From Spirochaetia bacterium (lineage in GTDB: Bacteria > Spirochaetota > Spirochaetia > SZUA-6 > Bin103): DNA of 64,000 nt. A program made the position numbers and the translations under genes. Shown here one piece after another: positions 19,324 to 29,294 of the stretch. The number at the start of each line of letters is the position of its first letter. Within the stretch, counting starts at the first letter, position 1. The DNA is taken from NCBI GenBank assembly GCA_965208575.1, contig CBDBOV010000003.1:416001-480000 (forward strand). Reading direction: 5' to 3'. Below the pieces are notes generated by a model, which made no database searches, was not told where the DNA came from, and saw only the letters and a program-made list of their open reading frames with translations.

Positions 19324-20772
19324 ATGGCCGCCTCGCAGTCGCGCACGCGACCCAACGTCGTCCTGATCGTGGCCGACGACCTCGGCTACGGCGACCTGAG
19401 CTGCTACGGCAACACCATCCTGTCCACGCCCAGCATCGACCGGCTCGCGGCCGAGGGCGTGCGCTGCTCCCAGCACTACAGCGGCGCACCGATCTGCGCC
19501 CCGGCGCGCGCCGCCCTGCTCACCGGACGCTACCACCACCGCTGCGGCGTGCTGAGCGTGGAGTCGAACCGCGGCCTCGACCGCATCGCGCTGCGCGAAC
19601 GCACCATCGGCGACTTGTTCGCCGCCGCCGGCTACCGCACCGGCTACGTGGGCAAGTGGCACAGCGGCCTGCACGACCGGCGCTACCATCCCAACCGGCG
19701 CGGTTTCGCCGAGTTCGCCGGCTTCCTGAGCGGCATCATGGACTACTGGGACTGGTTCCTGGACTACAATGGCAGTTCGCGCCGCGCCGACGGCCGTTAC
19801 CAGACCGACGTGTTCACGGCGGAGGCAGTGGACTTCATCCGGCGCTGCGGCGCGGCGCCCGGCGCCGCTGCACGGCAGCCGTTCCTGCTGGTAGTGGCCT
19901 ACCACGCCCCGCACGCGCCCCTGCAGGCACCCGAGGAGAGCTGCGCGCCGTTTCGGCGGCGCGGCGACCTGAACGATGCGCTGGCCACCATGTACGGCAT
20001 GGTGGCGCACATGGATCGGGGTATCGGCCAGATCCTCGACACGCTGGAGGCCGCCGGCTGCGGCGACGACACCGTGGTGCTGGTCACCAGCGACAACGGC
20101 CCCCACCTCGGGCCGGAGCGCCTCGGCCCGGAGCGCCACGGCGCGCGGCGCTTCAGCATGGAGCGCTTCAACGGCCCGTTCCGCGGCCAGAAGCAGGACG
20201 TGCTGGAGGGCGGCATCCGGGTGCCCGCGATCGTGCGCTGGCCGGACGGCCTGCCGGCCGGCGCCGCGTGCGACGAAATGATTCACTTCTGCGACTGGCT
20301 GCCGACGCTGGCCGCGGCCGCGGGCGTTGTGCCGGATGGGGAGCCGCTGGACGGCTGCGATCAGTTGCTCCCGCTGCGCGGCACGGTCCCCGGCGGCTCG
20401 GCGCCCCGTTTCTGGCAGTTCAACCGCTACGATCCGGTGCCCGGCTGCAACCTGGCGATGCGCGACGGTCCGTGGAAGCTGTACTGGCCGCGGATTCCTG
20501 AGGCGATGGTCAAGCTGCAGGAGGACAACGTGGCGGTGCGCGAGCTGATGGCGCGCCCGCACTACGAGATGGAGGTGCGCAATCCTCCGGTGGAGCGCAC
20601 GCTGTCGGCGCCCGGCGAGCCGGAGCTGTACCACATCCCCGACGACCCCTCCGAGGCGCGCAACCTGGCCGTCGCGCATCCCGACCGCGCCGCCCGCATG
20701 CGGCTGGCAGCCGAAAATTGGTTCGCCGAGGTGGAGGCGGAGCGCCGCCAGATCGCCGCCCGTTCGTCGTAG
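19324..20772 (+). CDS. Arylsulfatase (Cys-type, S1)
   Basis: PNVVLIVADDLGYGD, CAPARAALLTG, GKWH, SDNG, EGGIRVP. Confidence 0.92.
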   Translation: MAASQSRTRPNVVLIVADDLGYGDLSCYGNTILSTPSIDRLAAEGVRCSQHYSGAPICAPARAALLTGRYHHRCGVLSVESNRGLDRIALRERTIGDLFAAAGYRTGYVGKWHSGLHDRRYHPNRRGFAEFAGFLSGIMDYWDWFLDYNGSSRRADGRYQTDVFTAEAVDFIRRCGAAPGAAARQPFLLVVAYHAPHAPLQAPEESCAPFRRRGDLNDALATMYGMVAHMDRGIGQILDTLEAAGCGDDTVVLVTSDNGPHLGPERLGPERHGARRFSMERFNGPFRGQKQDVLEGGIRVPAIVRWPDGLPAGAACDEMIHFCDWLPTLAAAAGVVPDGEPLDGCDQLLPLRGTVPGGSAPRFWQFNRYDPVPGCNLAMRDGPWKLYWPRIPEAMVKLQEDNVAVRELMARPHYEMEVRNPPVERTLSAPGEPELYHIPDDPSEARNLAVAHPDRAARMRLAAENWFAEVEAERRQIAARSS

Positions 20773-20789
20773 GCGGCGAGGCGGCTCGC

Positions 20790-21137
20790 TCAGCGGCCGA
20801 GAACGATGTCGATCCCGCGCAGGACGAGCGCGAGCCGCCTGCCCCCGATGCCGCGGACGCGCTCTGCCAGAATGCGCCGATCGAGCGCTATGATTTCCGA
20901 CGCGTTGGCGACCGAGTCTTTCGGCAGGCCGGTGACGGTCGCCGGCAAGAGCGTGTTGCCGGGCGCATCCGCCCACGCCAGGTTGCTGGTTAGCGGCACG
21001 CACACGACCGTCGAAATCCGGCTGCGGTTCAGCGGGTTGCCCTGCACCACGACGATCGGTCGCCGCAGTCCAGGGCCAGAGCCTGTCGGTTCCGGTAATT
21101 CGGCCCACCACACGTCACCTTGAGCAACCTCTACCAT
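20790..21137 (-). CDS. mazF: PemK/MazF toxin
   Basis: QGDVWWAEL..P.GS.PG.RRP.VVVQ, VPLTSN, GLPKDSVAN. Confidence 0.9.
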   Translation of the reverse strand: MVEVAQGDVWWAELPEPTGSGPGLRRPIVVVQGNPLNRSRISTVVCVPLTSNLAWADAPGNTLLPATVTGLPKDSVANASEIIALDRRILAERVRGIGGRRLALVLRGIDIVLGR

Positions 21138-21370
21138 TCCGAGCGCTCGAGCGACATGCGTGCTGCGCGGGCCACGAAGTCGTTCGTCGTCGTCGCGCCG
21201 AGCCGGTCGACCACGCGGTCCATGGCCTCGGTGACCTCGTCGGGGGCGTGGCTGGCGAGGTACTCGGCGATCGCATCGGCGTAGAGCCGGCTGCGCGACT
21301 TGCTCGAACGCCGTGCGTGACGCTCCGCGGCATGAAACAGCTCATCCGGAAGGGAGACGGCAGTTTTCAT
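21131..21370 (-). CDS. RHH antitoxin partner of MazF
   Basis: MKTAVSLPDELF..SRSRLYADAI; overlaps mazF start. Confidence 0.85.
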   Translation of the reverse strand: MKTAVSLPDELFHAAERHARRSSKSRSRLYADAIAEYLASHAPDEVTEAMDRVVDRLGATTTNDFVARAARMSLERSEW

Positions 21371-21383
21371 ACCGTTAGTATGA
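21367..21383. promoter_or_regulatory. Palindromic autoregulatory operator over the antitoxin start
   Basis: TCATAC-N5-GTATGA overlapping the ATG and a CATACT -10-like hexamer. Confidence 0.6.
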
Positions 21384-21555
21384 CCAATCGGCAGGAGACA
21401 GGCAATCGACGCCGGTCGCACATGGGACGCAGGTCGTCGGCATCACCACAGCTTCGTGGTTTGGTCGGCACGCGACCGGCAAAACCGCCGGGGCCGATGT
21501 CGCCGCGCACCTTGCGGGATACCGGAGACCAGTGCGCGTGGTGTAGACTTGCGGC

Positions 21556-21900
21556 ATGGACCTAGCGGCCGCCAGCGCGATCTTCGCTCGTTACGCGCAC
21601 CAGTTCGTCGTGGCCTACGTGTTCGGGTCGGTCGCGGCCGGCACCGCCGACGAGCACAGCGACATCGACGTGATCGTGGTGCGGCACACGACGCAGCCGT
21701 TCTTCGACCGCATGCGGGAGATCATGGATCTGCGCCTGGAGTTCGGAGCCGCGGACATGTTGATCTACACCCCGGCCGAGTTGGAGCAGATGCTCGCCGA
21801 GGATGGCCGCTACTTCGTAAAGCATGCGGTCCGCACAGGATACCGGATTGACGGAACCCAACAGAGAGGCCGATCGCTGGCTCAGACAAGCCGAGAATGA
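21556..21900 (+). CDS. Minimal nucleotidyltransferase (MNT) antitoxin
   Basis: FGSVAAG..SDIDV motif, D.LIYTP.E. Confidence 0.88.
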   Translation: MDLAAASAIFARYAHQFVVAYVFGSVAAGTADEHSDIDVIVVRHTTQPFFDRMREIMDLRLEFGAADMLIYTPAELEQMLAEDGRYFVKHAVRTGYRIDGTQQRGRSLAQTSRE

Positions 21901-22306
21901 CCTTGCCTACGCGACGGTCGGACTGCGCGAAGGCTTCGCTGCGCAGGTTTGCTTCCAATGCCAACAGGTCTGCGAGAAGGCGATCAAGGCGCTGCGCTAC
22001 GCCCGCGGTGAACGGGTGGTGATCGGTCACGCTCTCGTCGAGCTGGCCGCACCGCTAGAGGTGATGGCCCGGTTCCACGACGAGTTGGCGGTGCTCGACC
22101 AGTACTACGTTCCGACCCGGTATCCGAACGGTCTGCCGGGCGGGATTCCCTCTGACGTCTATACCACGGCTCAGGCGACCGCGGCCGTGGACGTCGCCCG
22201 CCGCATCGTCGCCGCGGTCCGCCGCGAAGTGGAAGGAAGTTCTGGAGGTGGCGGCGGACACGATACATCCGCACCAGTGGAGGGCGGGCCGCCCGCCGAA
22301 GCGTGA
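21848..22306 (+). CDS. HEPN domain protein
   Basis: WLRQAENDL, CFQCQQVCEKAIKA, GH.L..L, YVPTRYPN; probable TTG start 21848. Confidence 0.88.
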   Translation: MTEPNREADRWLRQAENDLAYATVGLREGFAAQVCFQCQQVCEKAIKALRYARGERVVIGHALVELAAPLEVMARFHDELAVLDQYYVPTRYPNGLPGGIPSDVYTTAQATAAVDVARRIVAAVRREVEGSSGGGGGHDTSAPVEGGPPAEA

Positions 22307-22314
22307 CCGCCCGG

Positions 22315-22701
22315 CTACTGATCGCTCGCTGGTAAGGGTACCGGCGTCGGTACGTCCAGTTGGCGGGCACAGCGTGCAAGGGGCGTGTCGAAGGTGGCGA
22401 GCTGGGCGCCCACTGTTCGGGCGGCGGCGAGCAGGGCCGCGTCCACCCAGCCGATGCCGGTCCCTGCGAGGCGGTGGCGCCGAATGAATTCGTACAACGC
22501 CTCCGGTGAAGGCGGTGGACTCCGGGGCAGCGAGCGCAGGAGCGCCTCGTTCTCGGCGGAGAGGCCGCCGAGCAGCAGTTCGCCGACTACGAACGGGTGC
22601 ACCAGTGCCTGGCCGCTCGTGATCCAGGGCTGGGCAACAAGTCCGGCCTCCTCGCCGCGCAGGAACCTGAGCCACACGCTGGTGTCGATCAGGACGGTCA
22701 A
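22315..22701 (-). CDS. vapC: PIN-domain toxin
   Basis: LIDTSVW, HPFVVGEL, GIGWVDA, LATFD. Confidence 0.9.
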   Translation of the reverse strand: MTVLIDTSVWLRFLRGEEAGLVAQPWITSGQALVHPFVVGELLLGGLSAENEALLRSLPRSPPPSPEALYEFIRRHRLAGTGIGWVDAALLAAARTVGAQLATFDTPLARCARQLDVPTPVPLPASDQ

Positions 22702-22901
22702 CCTCGATCTCCTGCCGAGCGCCGCCGTGCTACCGGCCGCAGATCGGGCTGCGAACCGAATGCCTCCCCCAGCCGGCGGCGCCGGTCGGCGTTGATCAAC
22801 TCCTGCAGACCAAGTTCCACCACGGCGGTCTTGGTCTTGCCCCGATGGATCGCCATCGCCTCGCGGACCAGCGCGTCGTCAAGGTTCATGGTCGTCTTCA
22901 T
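22698..22901 (-). CDS. vapB: VapB antitoxin
   Basis: MKTTMNLDDALV..KTAVVE.GL; 4-bp overlap with vapC. Confidence 0.88.
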   Translation of the reverse strand: MKTTMNLDDALVREAMAIHRGKTKTAVVELGLQELINADRRRRLGEAFGSQPDLRPVARRRSAGDRG

Positions 22902-23084
22902 CCATACAGCGTACTAGATCAAGCCATATCAAACAATCACCATGAACCTTACTGATGACCGGAAAGATATGTCTCCCACGACCCTCGATTACCCCACGAG
23001 CTCCTACGCCCGACTCCTGCTTGCGCGTACGCGCCTCCCACCTCTACCATCCTGAGCCGAACACCCTGGAAGAGGAGGAGCAAG

Positions 23085-23600
23085 ATGTTCACAACCAAAG
23101 CAAGGGCCATCACGATTGCCGCCGTAGTCGGATTCCTGGTCGCCGCAACGAACGTGGCGGCGGATGAAGGCGGCACCTTCAGCATCATCCGGAGCTACGC
23201 GCGCACCCACGCCACGTTGGAACACGCCGCGGGCACGATCAGCACAGGCTCGCTGGAGGGAACCATCACCACCCTGGCCAGCAGCGGCGAACCGTTCACC
23301 CAAGGCGACCACAGCCTCATCTCGTGCCTGTTTTACGCCACGAGCACTGCAGAAGGGTTGAGCATTGAAGCGCCGTGCACGATCACCGATGGGTCCGGCG
23401 ACCGATGGTACACCATGTCGCGCCGAGATGCGGGCGACATGGCGTCAGGTGGTGGTGGCGAGGGCCGCTTGGAACTCATGGGAGGCACCGGCAAGTATGC
23501 CGGCGTGACCGGCACCTGTACCTACGAAGCCTCATACCTCACCCAGGACCGGGTCGTGTCGGATGGCGATTGCACCTGGGAGAGGTCGAACGCGGACTGA
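23085..23600 (+). CDS. Secreted beta-rich hypothetical protein
   Basis: GAGGAGGAG SD, signal peptide, four Cys, GGTGKYAGVTG motif. Confidence 0.75.
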   Translation: MFTTKARAITIAAVVGFLVAATNVAADEGGTFSIIRSYARTHATLEHAAGTISTGSLEGTITTLASSGEPFTQGDHSLISCLFYATSTAEGLSIEAPCTITDGSGDRWYTMSRRDAGDMASGGGGEGRLELMGGTGKYAGVTGTCTYEASYLTQDRVVSDGDCTWERSNAD

Positions 23601-23609
23601 AGCCGCAGT
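23507..23609 (+). repeat. Imperfect direct repeat, copy 1 (3' end of secreted-protein gene); copy 2 at 29801-29911
   Basis: 21-bp (23507-23527) and 25-bp (23585-23609) exact blocks. Confidence 0.9.
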
Positions 23610-23809
23610 AGACCGCTCTTGCGTGCCGGATGCGCCCGGATAGCCGCACTGCGGCGGCAGGGTCACCTCAGCTTGCCCCTTGCCCACGTAGATAGCATGG
23701 GCAACTGTGGTATAATTTCGGCGGGATGGATCGGTCAAGGTCGAAGTTTGGCCGTTCCGTGGCGCGCCAGTCTGCCGTCCGAAGGAATTCAATGTCAAGG
23801 AGCGTGTGA

Positions 23810-24121
23810 ATGACGTCCACCATGAATGGCACCGTGGAAGAAACGGTGCGGAAGATCGTCCGGGCTGACTTGGCCGAGTTCTACAACAAGGAGTTCGAGG
23901 TCTTTGTTCACCAGGCCGAGGCGATCCTGGACGACGAGAGATACCTCCGAATCTACATTGTGTTCGACGGTACGGCCAAGGATCTTTGGATTCCTGGCTG
24001 GACGACGGGGCTGATCGGAAGAATTCGAGACAAGTTGGCCCATGAGAACATCATGGACTTCCCCGTAGTTTCGCCGGTTGCAAAGTCGGAGTGGCCCGCT
24101 CTCAAACGAACAATAGCGTGA
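23810..24121 (+). CDS. Hypothetical protein, possible degenerate MNT-fold antitoxin
   Basis: AAGGAG SD; DDERYLRIYIVFDG..FPVVSPVAKSEW; coupled to a HEPN-like stub. Confidence 0.6.
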   Translation: MTSTMNGTVEETVRKIVRADLAEFYNKEFEVFVHQAEAILDDERYLRIYIVFDGTAKDLWIPGWTTGLIGRIRDKLAHENIMDFPVVSPVAKSEWPALKRTIA

Positions 24122-24228
24122 GCGACAGGGCTCGCGCTCAGCTAGATCTGGCGCGGGACATCCTTGGGCTGACTACAGGACGACCGCGTCAGATAGTAAG
24201 TTTCGCAAATGAACACAATTGTGCGTGA
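24118..24228 (+). pseudogene. Truncated HEPN-like gene start
   Basis: MSDRARAQLDLARDILGLTTGRPRQ, then unrelated AT-rich sequence and a stop. Confidence 0.4.
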
Positions 24229-24243
24229 TGTCAACCGCGCCGA

Positions 24244-24300
24244 TTGATCCACTTGATGTCCCTCGGACCTACCGCCGACTTGAGAAGGTACAGCGGCCGT
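24244..24300 (-). pseudogene. DprA C-terminal fragment (diverged copy of 28550-28606)
   Basis: RPLYLLKSAVGPRDIKWIN vs RPLYFLKSAVGAGDIRWIN. Confidence 0.8.
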
Positions 24301-24384
24301 ATTTCCGAACTGCGCCGAGCGGATTTCCCGCAGTGCGCGACCTGATCGGACACCGCGTCGCGTCGCCCGTATCCCGTCAACCCG

Positions 24385-25665
24385 CTATGCCACGTCTTCG
24401 TAGAACAGGCCGTCATACAGAAACGCAGGCTCGATCGCCTCGCAGTCGCGCTCGCTCGTTCCGGCACGCCGCATCTCGGTATGCCATCCTTCGCGCACGG
24501 TGCTCGCGATGCGGTCGAACAATGCCGCCGCGGCCGCCTGCCCGAGCAGAAAACGCCCGTGACCGCTCAGCAGGTTGGTCCTGTTGGCATAACGCCCGAA
24601 GCGGCCGCAGGCCATCGCGAGATCGCGCCGTTCCAGGGCCACCACCGGCGAGGGCGTCAGGTCGTAGGCCGGACTCAGACGCCACGAACGTCCCTTGGCG
24701 AGGACCGCGTGATTGCGCGGGTGATCGTCCAGATTGGAGATCGCCGCGTTGAAGCACATCCGGCCGAACAGCTCGCGCAGATCGTCTTCCGGTCTCGCGC
24801 TCACCCGGCGGACTTCATCGGCGAGCAGCAGATAGGACCAGTCACCGCGATCGCCAAGACCGTCGCCGGAGCGCAGTAGCGTCAGGGCGCTGACCATCCG
24901 GTGACGGCGAAAGCCGGCGCCGGTTCGACCGTCATCCTCCCGGTCGCGGTCGAAGCGGCGCACGAGCAACACATCGCGCGCCCCGACGGTTTCGATACGG
25001 CTGTCGGCGACGTTCAGGCCGCATGCCCGGGCGAGGCTGAGCATGCCATGCTCGACTCGCGAATTGTTCCAGCGGTCGTCGCCGCGGCTGAACTTGGCGA
25101 TCCAGAGAGCGCCCTCGTGCTCCACCACCGCCTTGGGGCGTGCTCCGCCCATCGACGTGCCGAGCAGGAGCAACTCCTCGACCCGATCCTCGGCGGACCC
25201 GCCGCGCTCCGGATCATCGTCGAGGATGGCATCGGCGGCCCGCTGGAGCGCGGCAAGATCCAGCGTTCGGTTGAACCGGCGCCGCGGGGCGGGGGGCTCG
25301 ACGGCAAGGCCAAAGCCCAAAGCCCCGGCGCGGTCGTCCGGCCCCTGCATCAGGTAGTCGAACTCGCTGAGCTCCCTGAAGCAGGAGTTGCGCTCGATTA
25401 CGCACCGTCCCCAGAAATCGGGCATCGAATCCCGGATCGCGCCGAAGAACCCCTCCATGCGTGCCGTCTCGTAGACTTGGGCGGAGAGACGCAATTCGAC
25501 CGGATCGAGCTCGACCGCATCGGCCCGCTCCCGGTACGAGCGGCCATACACGAACTGACCGACCGCCGCCGCCCCGTCGTCGATCCAGCGGAAGCGGCCC
25601 GCGGTCACGAAGTTCGTCGCACCCGGCGGCACAATGTAGACGAAGCACTCGCGCTCAGAAGTCAT
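24385..25665 (-). CDS. hipA: HipA-family kinase toxin
   Basis: DSMPDFWG, DRAGAL, SMGGARPK, WIAKF, RRFDR, NLDDHPRNH, LSPAYDL. Confidence 0.92.
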   Translation of the reverse strand: MTSERECFVYIVPPGATNFVTAGRFRWIDDGAAAVGQFVYGRSYRERADAVELDPVELRLSAQVYETARMEGFFGAIRDSMPDFWGRCVIERNSCFRELSEFDYLMQGPDDRAGALGFGLAVEPPAPRRRFNRTLDLAALQRAADAILDDDPERGGSAEDRVEELLLLGTSMGGARPKAVVEHEGALWIAKFSRGDDRWNNSRVEHGMLSLARACGLNVADSRIETVGARDVLLVRRFDRDREDDGRTGAGFRRHRMVSALTLLRSGDGLGDRGDWSYLLLADEVRRVSARPEDDLRELFGRMCFNAAISNLDDHPRNHAVLAKGRSWRLSPAYDLTPSPVVALERRDLAMACGRFGRYANRTNLLSGHGRFLLGQAAAAALFDRIASTVREGWHTEMRRAGTSERDCEAIEPAFLYDGLFYEDVA

Positions 25666-26014
25666 CGCTCAGCGACCGGCGGCCCCGCGCGCGCCTCGGA
25701 CTGCGTGCGCGTTCCAGCGTCTTGCCTTCCTCGTCGCGATCCGGATCGGCCACCTTGGACAGGTCGCCGAGCAGGCCCAGCACCCACAATGCGCCCACGT
25801 AGCCCGCAACGCCGGTGGTCGGCTTGCCTCTCTCGACGTCGGCCACCACGAACCGGGAGACGCCCATGCGTTCCGCGAGCTCGGTCTGCCGGAGCATGCG
25901 GCGCAGCCGCGCCGTGCGGATGTTCCGCCCCAGCCGTTCCAGCGCTTCCTCGACCGCGGCCGGGGGAGAGCGGACCAATTTAGTTGGCCTTGGCATATCT
26001 GTTTCCAACAACAT
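25655..26014 (-). CDS. XRE-family HTH antitoxin (HipB-like)
   Basis: LGRNIRTARLRR..QTELAERMGVS..VERG; overlaps hipA; start may be ATG 25996. Confidence 0.85.
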   Translation of the reverse strand: MLLETDMPRPTKLVRSPPAAVEEALERLGRNIRTARLRRMLRQTELAERMGVSRFVVADVERGKPTTGVAGYVGALWVLGLLGDLSKVADPDRDEEGKTLERARSPRRARGRRSLSDDF

Positions 26015-26079
26015 TGAGATATATAATGTTTGTTCTATATAACATGGAGTGCATACGGGGTCAATCGCTACGGCTGGAG

Positions 26080-26255
26080 TATGGAAAATCGCGGCTCGCG
26101 CTCGCCTCCGACGCCAGGCGCGAGGTTATACTACCGGACGCGGGCGACAAGTCGGGGGTCTGGTTCCGCGCGGTTCTACCGCGCGCGCCCTCCGCAAGGA
26201 CGGCGAGCGCTTCGACCGCCACCTCGCGCGACTCGCCAAGGAAGGAGGATCGTGA
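26080..26255 (+). pseudogene. RelE/HigB-type toxin C-terminal remnant
   Basis: Frameshifted pieces D.RR..IL..AGDKSG and ERFDRHLARL. Confidence 0.65.
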
Positions 26256-26571
26256 TGGCTTTGGACGTGAACGATGTGATCTCTGCGCTCGACCCCGCGC
26301 GGCGGCGGAAGATCGAGGACGAGGCCGCGGCTCTCATCGCAGAGGAAATGGCGCTGCGCGAGCTTCGCAAGGCTCGGCAGTCAGTGTTGCGCGGCAGCTC
26401 GGCATCAGCCAGGACGGAGTGCCCCGGCTGGGGCAGTGCAGCGACCCGCTGCGCTCGACGCTGCGCAGGACGGTCGAGGCCATGGGCGGAAACCTCTCGC
26501 TGATCGCCACCTTTCCCGACCGGCCGCCGGTCGAGCTCTCCGCCATCGGCCAGCCCGAGCTCCGCGACTGA
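26255..26571 (+). pseudogene. XRE/HigA-type antitoxin, frameshifted
   Basis: MALDVNDVI..EEMALRELRKAR, then other frame VARQLGISQDGV..STLRRTVEAMGG.LSLIATFPDRPPV. Confidence 0.75.
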
Positions 26572-26584
26572 GACCGGAGACGGC

Positions 26585-27530
26585 GTGAACCCCCCTGTCT
26601 TCCGTGAGGAATTCTTCGACCCGGAGTCCGTGCGGTGGTACCGGCGCCTGTTCGACGAACGCAACGCCGGCAAGAATCGGGCGCTCTCCGATGTCGAGTT
26701 CCTGAACGAGTGCGGCTTCTTCATCGAACATGACGATCTCATGGTGCCAACTCGGGCTGCGGTCCTGGTGTTCGGTCGCGCGCGTCACGTTCGCCGGATA
26801 CTCCCGAGACCGGTGGTCGATTGCCAGTTCATCGATTTCACAGCCGACTCCTGGACGACCGACCGTCGATGGAACGACCGTATCGTAGTAGAAGAGAACC
26901 TCGTCCAGGCGTGGCTGATGCTGTCCGAGCGCTATGCGCAATATGCCGAGCATCCGTTCGGGGTGGATGCGGCGAGGCTCGGGCGGAACGATGATCCCCC
27001 CGACTACATTGCCTTCCGTGAGGCAGCCATCAATCTGCTCATCCACCAGGACTACGGTGACCACAGCCGTAAGGCGTCGATCAGATTCTTCCGCGATCGG
27101 ATGGTGTTCTGGAATCCGGGCGACGCCTTCGCCATGACCGATGAGCTCCTGGACCGTACCGAGAAGGAGGTGCGCAACCCGGCGATCGTCGCCGCATTCC
27201 GTCGCATCGGGCTGAGCGGGCAGGCCGGGACGGGCATGCGCGCGATCTTTCAGGGCTGGCAGCGTCTCGGACACCCTCCGCCGGTAATAAACAGCGACAA
27301 GGCGAGGAAGACCTTCGAGCTTCTCCTGTTACGCGAGCCACTGTCCCGAGAAGAGCAGCAACTGCTACAGGCGCAACTCGGCGTGAAGCTCAGCGAGACA
27401 GTGACACGGCTTTTCGCTTCGCCTGCCGCCAGGGCGGCGCGTCGCTCACCGACGCGAAGGCGGTGACCGGCCAGGCGGGGCCGGAGGCTCGGAAGGTGCT
27501 CAACACGCTTGCAGTGCAAAGACTGCTGCG
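26585..27530 (+). pseudogene. RecG-C/HATPase_c_4-type domain gene remnant (N-terminal AlbA/Schlafen part missing, frameshift near 27420)
   Basis: PTRAAVLVFG, AFREAAINLLIHQDY, FWNPG, RNPAIVAAFRRIGL..QAGTG. Confidence 0.7.
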
Positions 27531-27811
27531 GTACGTCACGAGGATCACTACCGCTTCGTCCAGTAGGGCGCCAGCGGGAGTGGAAGCTGATCAAGGACAA
27601 GTACGACGGCCGATCGACTACCACCTCTTCAGCGGCTGGTCTCGCCGGAGTTCAATCACGACCCGTTCCACCCGCGCGAGGTGCTGGAGCTGCCGCCCGA
27701 GGATGCGCGTCCGGCGCCTCGGCTGCGCCGCCATCGACCGGTTGCTCGGTTGCACGGTAGCGAGCGGCCACGTCGAAGCCCGCAAGAGCACTTTCTGAGG
27801 AACCGCAGAAC

Positions 27812-28408
27812 CTACGGGTCGCGGATGGTTCTGCCGTCGTCGCGCAACGTGATGACGCCGTTACACGGATCGAGACACTGATGTGGAGTATCGGGTATCT
27901 CGTCGACTCGGCGAACCAGCGCGAATGCCCGAACTTCGGCACTCGGCCAGAAACCCTGCACTGCCTCGACAGCCGCGAAGAGGGTCGCGCCTGATGTCAC
28001 GACATCGTCTACGATCAAGATCTTGGGCACGTCAACGAGTTCAGCCTGCGCGATCTCCATTGTTTCTCGATGCCGGCCGACGGTACGCGGTTCTGTTGAG
28101 GTAGCGGCCTTCGGGACTGCATGTACACGGCGCAACATCGGGATGCAGCGATTCACGAGTTTGTACTTCGTGAGAGCTTCGCAAATCATGTACGCCGGCC
28201 ACAGCGCGCCTCTTGTGGGAGCAGCATGCCCCGGGACGGGAACAGCAAGCACGTCTGAACCGAAATAGCCAAGGAACCGGCTTCGGTTTTGGCCGACACG
28301 GAGGGCGGCGTGTTCGATGACCGCGCGATGCCCTCGCTTGATCGGGTAACAGACCCGGTCACGCGAGCGCCGTTCGAGATCCCGAGTCCCGCGCGGCGAA
28401 TAGATCAA
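27812..28408 (-). CDS. Type I phosphoribosyltransferase (ComF-like)
   Basis: VPVPGH, LIVDDVVTSGATL PRPP-binding loop; start may be CTG 28432 overlapping the DprA stop. Confidence 0.85.
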   Translation of the reverse strand: MIYSPRGTRDLERRSRDRVCYPIKRGHRAVIEHAALRVGQNRSRFLGYFGSDVLAVPVPGHAAPTRGALWPAYMICEALTKYKLVNRCIPMLRRVHAVPKAATSTEPRTVGRHRETMEIAQAELVDVPKILIVDDVVTSGATLFAAVEAVQGFWPSAEVRAFALVRRVDEIPDTPHQCLDPCNGVITLRDDGRTIRDP

Positions 28409-28428
28409 CAGTGAGGCGAAGGGGACGG

Positions 28429-29214
28429 TCAGAAGGGCACTATCTCTTCAAGCCCATGTGCGGGAATCGGCAGGCGGGTAGGGATCGCGTCGAGAACGGC
28501 GGCGCAGTTAGCATCGGTCAGAATCTCGGCGCCGTATTCGATCTGCTCGTTGATCCACCGGATGTCCCCCGCCCCCACAGCCGACTTGAGAAAATACAGT
28601 GGGCGTCCGAGGCGGAGTGCCTCCCACCCCTGGTGCTGGGTGCCGCTGCCCTCGCCGGCCTCCACGACAACGGTTGCCGGTGACAGTAATGCCATCGTCC
28701 GATTGCGTACGGTGAAGTTCCACTTTTGTACGATGCTCCCGGGAGCAAACTGAGAGACGGCAACGTGTTCTCGGATGATGAGACCTTGCAGCCGGGCATT
28801 GCTCCGGGGCGTTACTTCACCGAGTGGAGTACCAAGCACGGCGATCGTGCGGCCACCGCGCTCTATGGCCGTCGTGTGGGCCACCGTGTCGACGCCCAGC
28901 GCCAACCCGCTGAGTACGGCGATGTCCCGTTTCACCAACTCGGACACCAGTCGGCGAGTCCGGCGAACTCCTGCCGGGGATGGATGGCGTGATCCCACCA
29001 CCGACGCGATGCGTCCGCGTGCGAAGATCGATCGATCGCCGGCCACCCAGAGTTGCCGGGGAGCGTACTTCCGCTCAATCTCGTTGAGCGGTCCGATCAG
29101 AGTCTCAACCGACCCTGTCTCGATTACATCGTCGCGCACGGAACTCTCGGTCGGTCGCCGGCCACCGGCTTCGTTGCCCGTTGACACAGCCGCTTCCTCC
29201 CGGGCCGTATCCAT
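28429..29214 (-). CDS. DprA/Smf (SLOG) Rossmann-domain protein
   Basis: VVGSR, SGLALGVDTVAH, TIAVLGT, RNRTM, VEAGEGSGT; no SAM or wHTH domain evident. Confidence 0.88.
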   Translation of the reverse strand: MDTAREEAAVSTGNEAGGRRPTESSVRDDVIETGSVETLIGPLNEIERKYAPRQLWVAGDRSIFARGRIASVVGSRHPSPAGVRRTRRLVSELVKRDIAVLSGLALGVDTVAHTTAIERGGRTIAVLGTPLGEVTPRSNARLQGLIIREHVAVSQFAPGSIVQKWNFTVRNRTMALLSPATVVVEAGEGSGTQHQGWEALRLGRPLYFLKSAVGAGDIRWINEQIEYGAEILTDANCAAVLDAIPTRLPIPAHGLEEIVPF

Positions 29215-29294
29215 GCCGCCGAGTATCCGTGCAATGCGGGCGGTTGGCAAGGACGGGTGGGGCGGGGCTGGACGGGCTCGCCGCCGGCGCGGCG

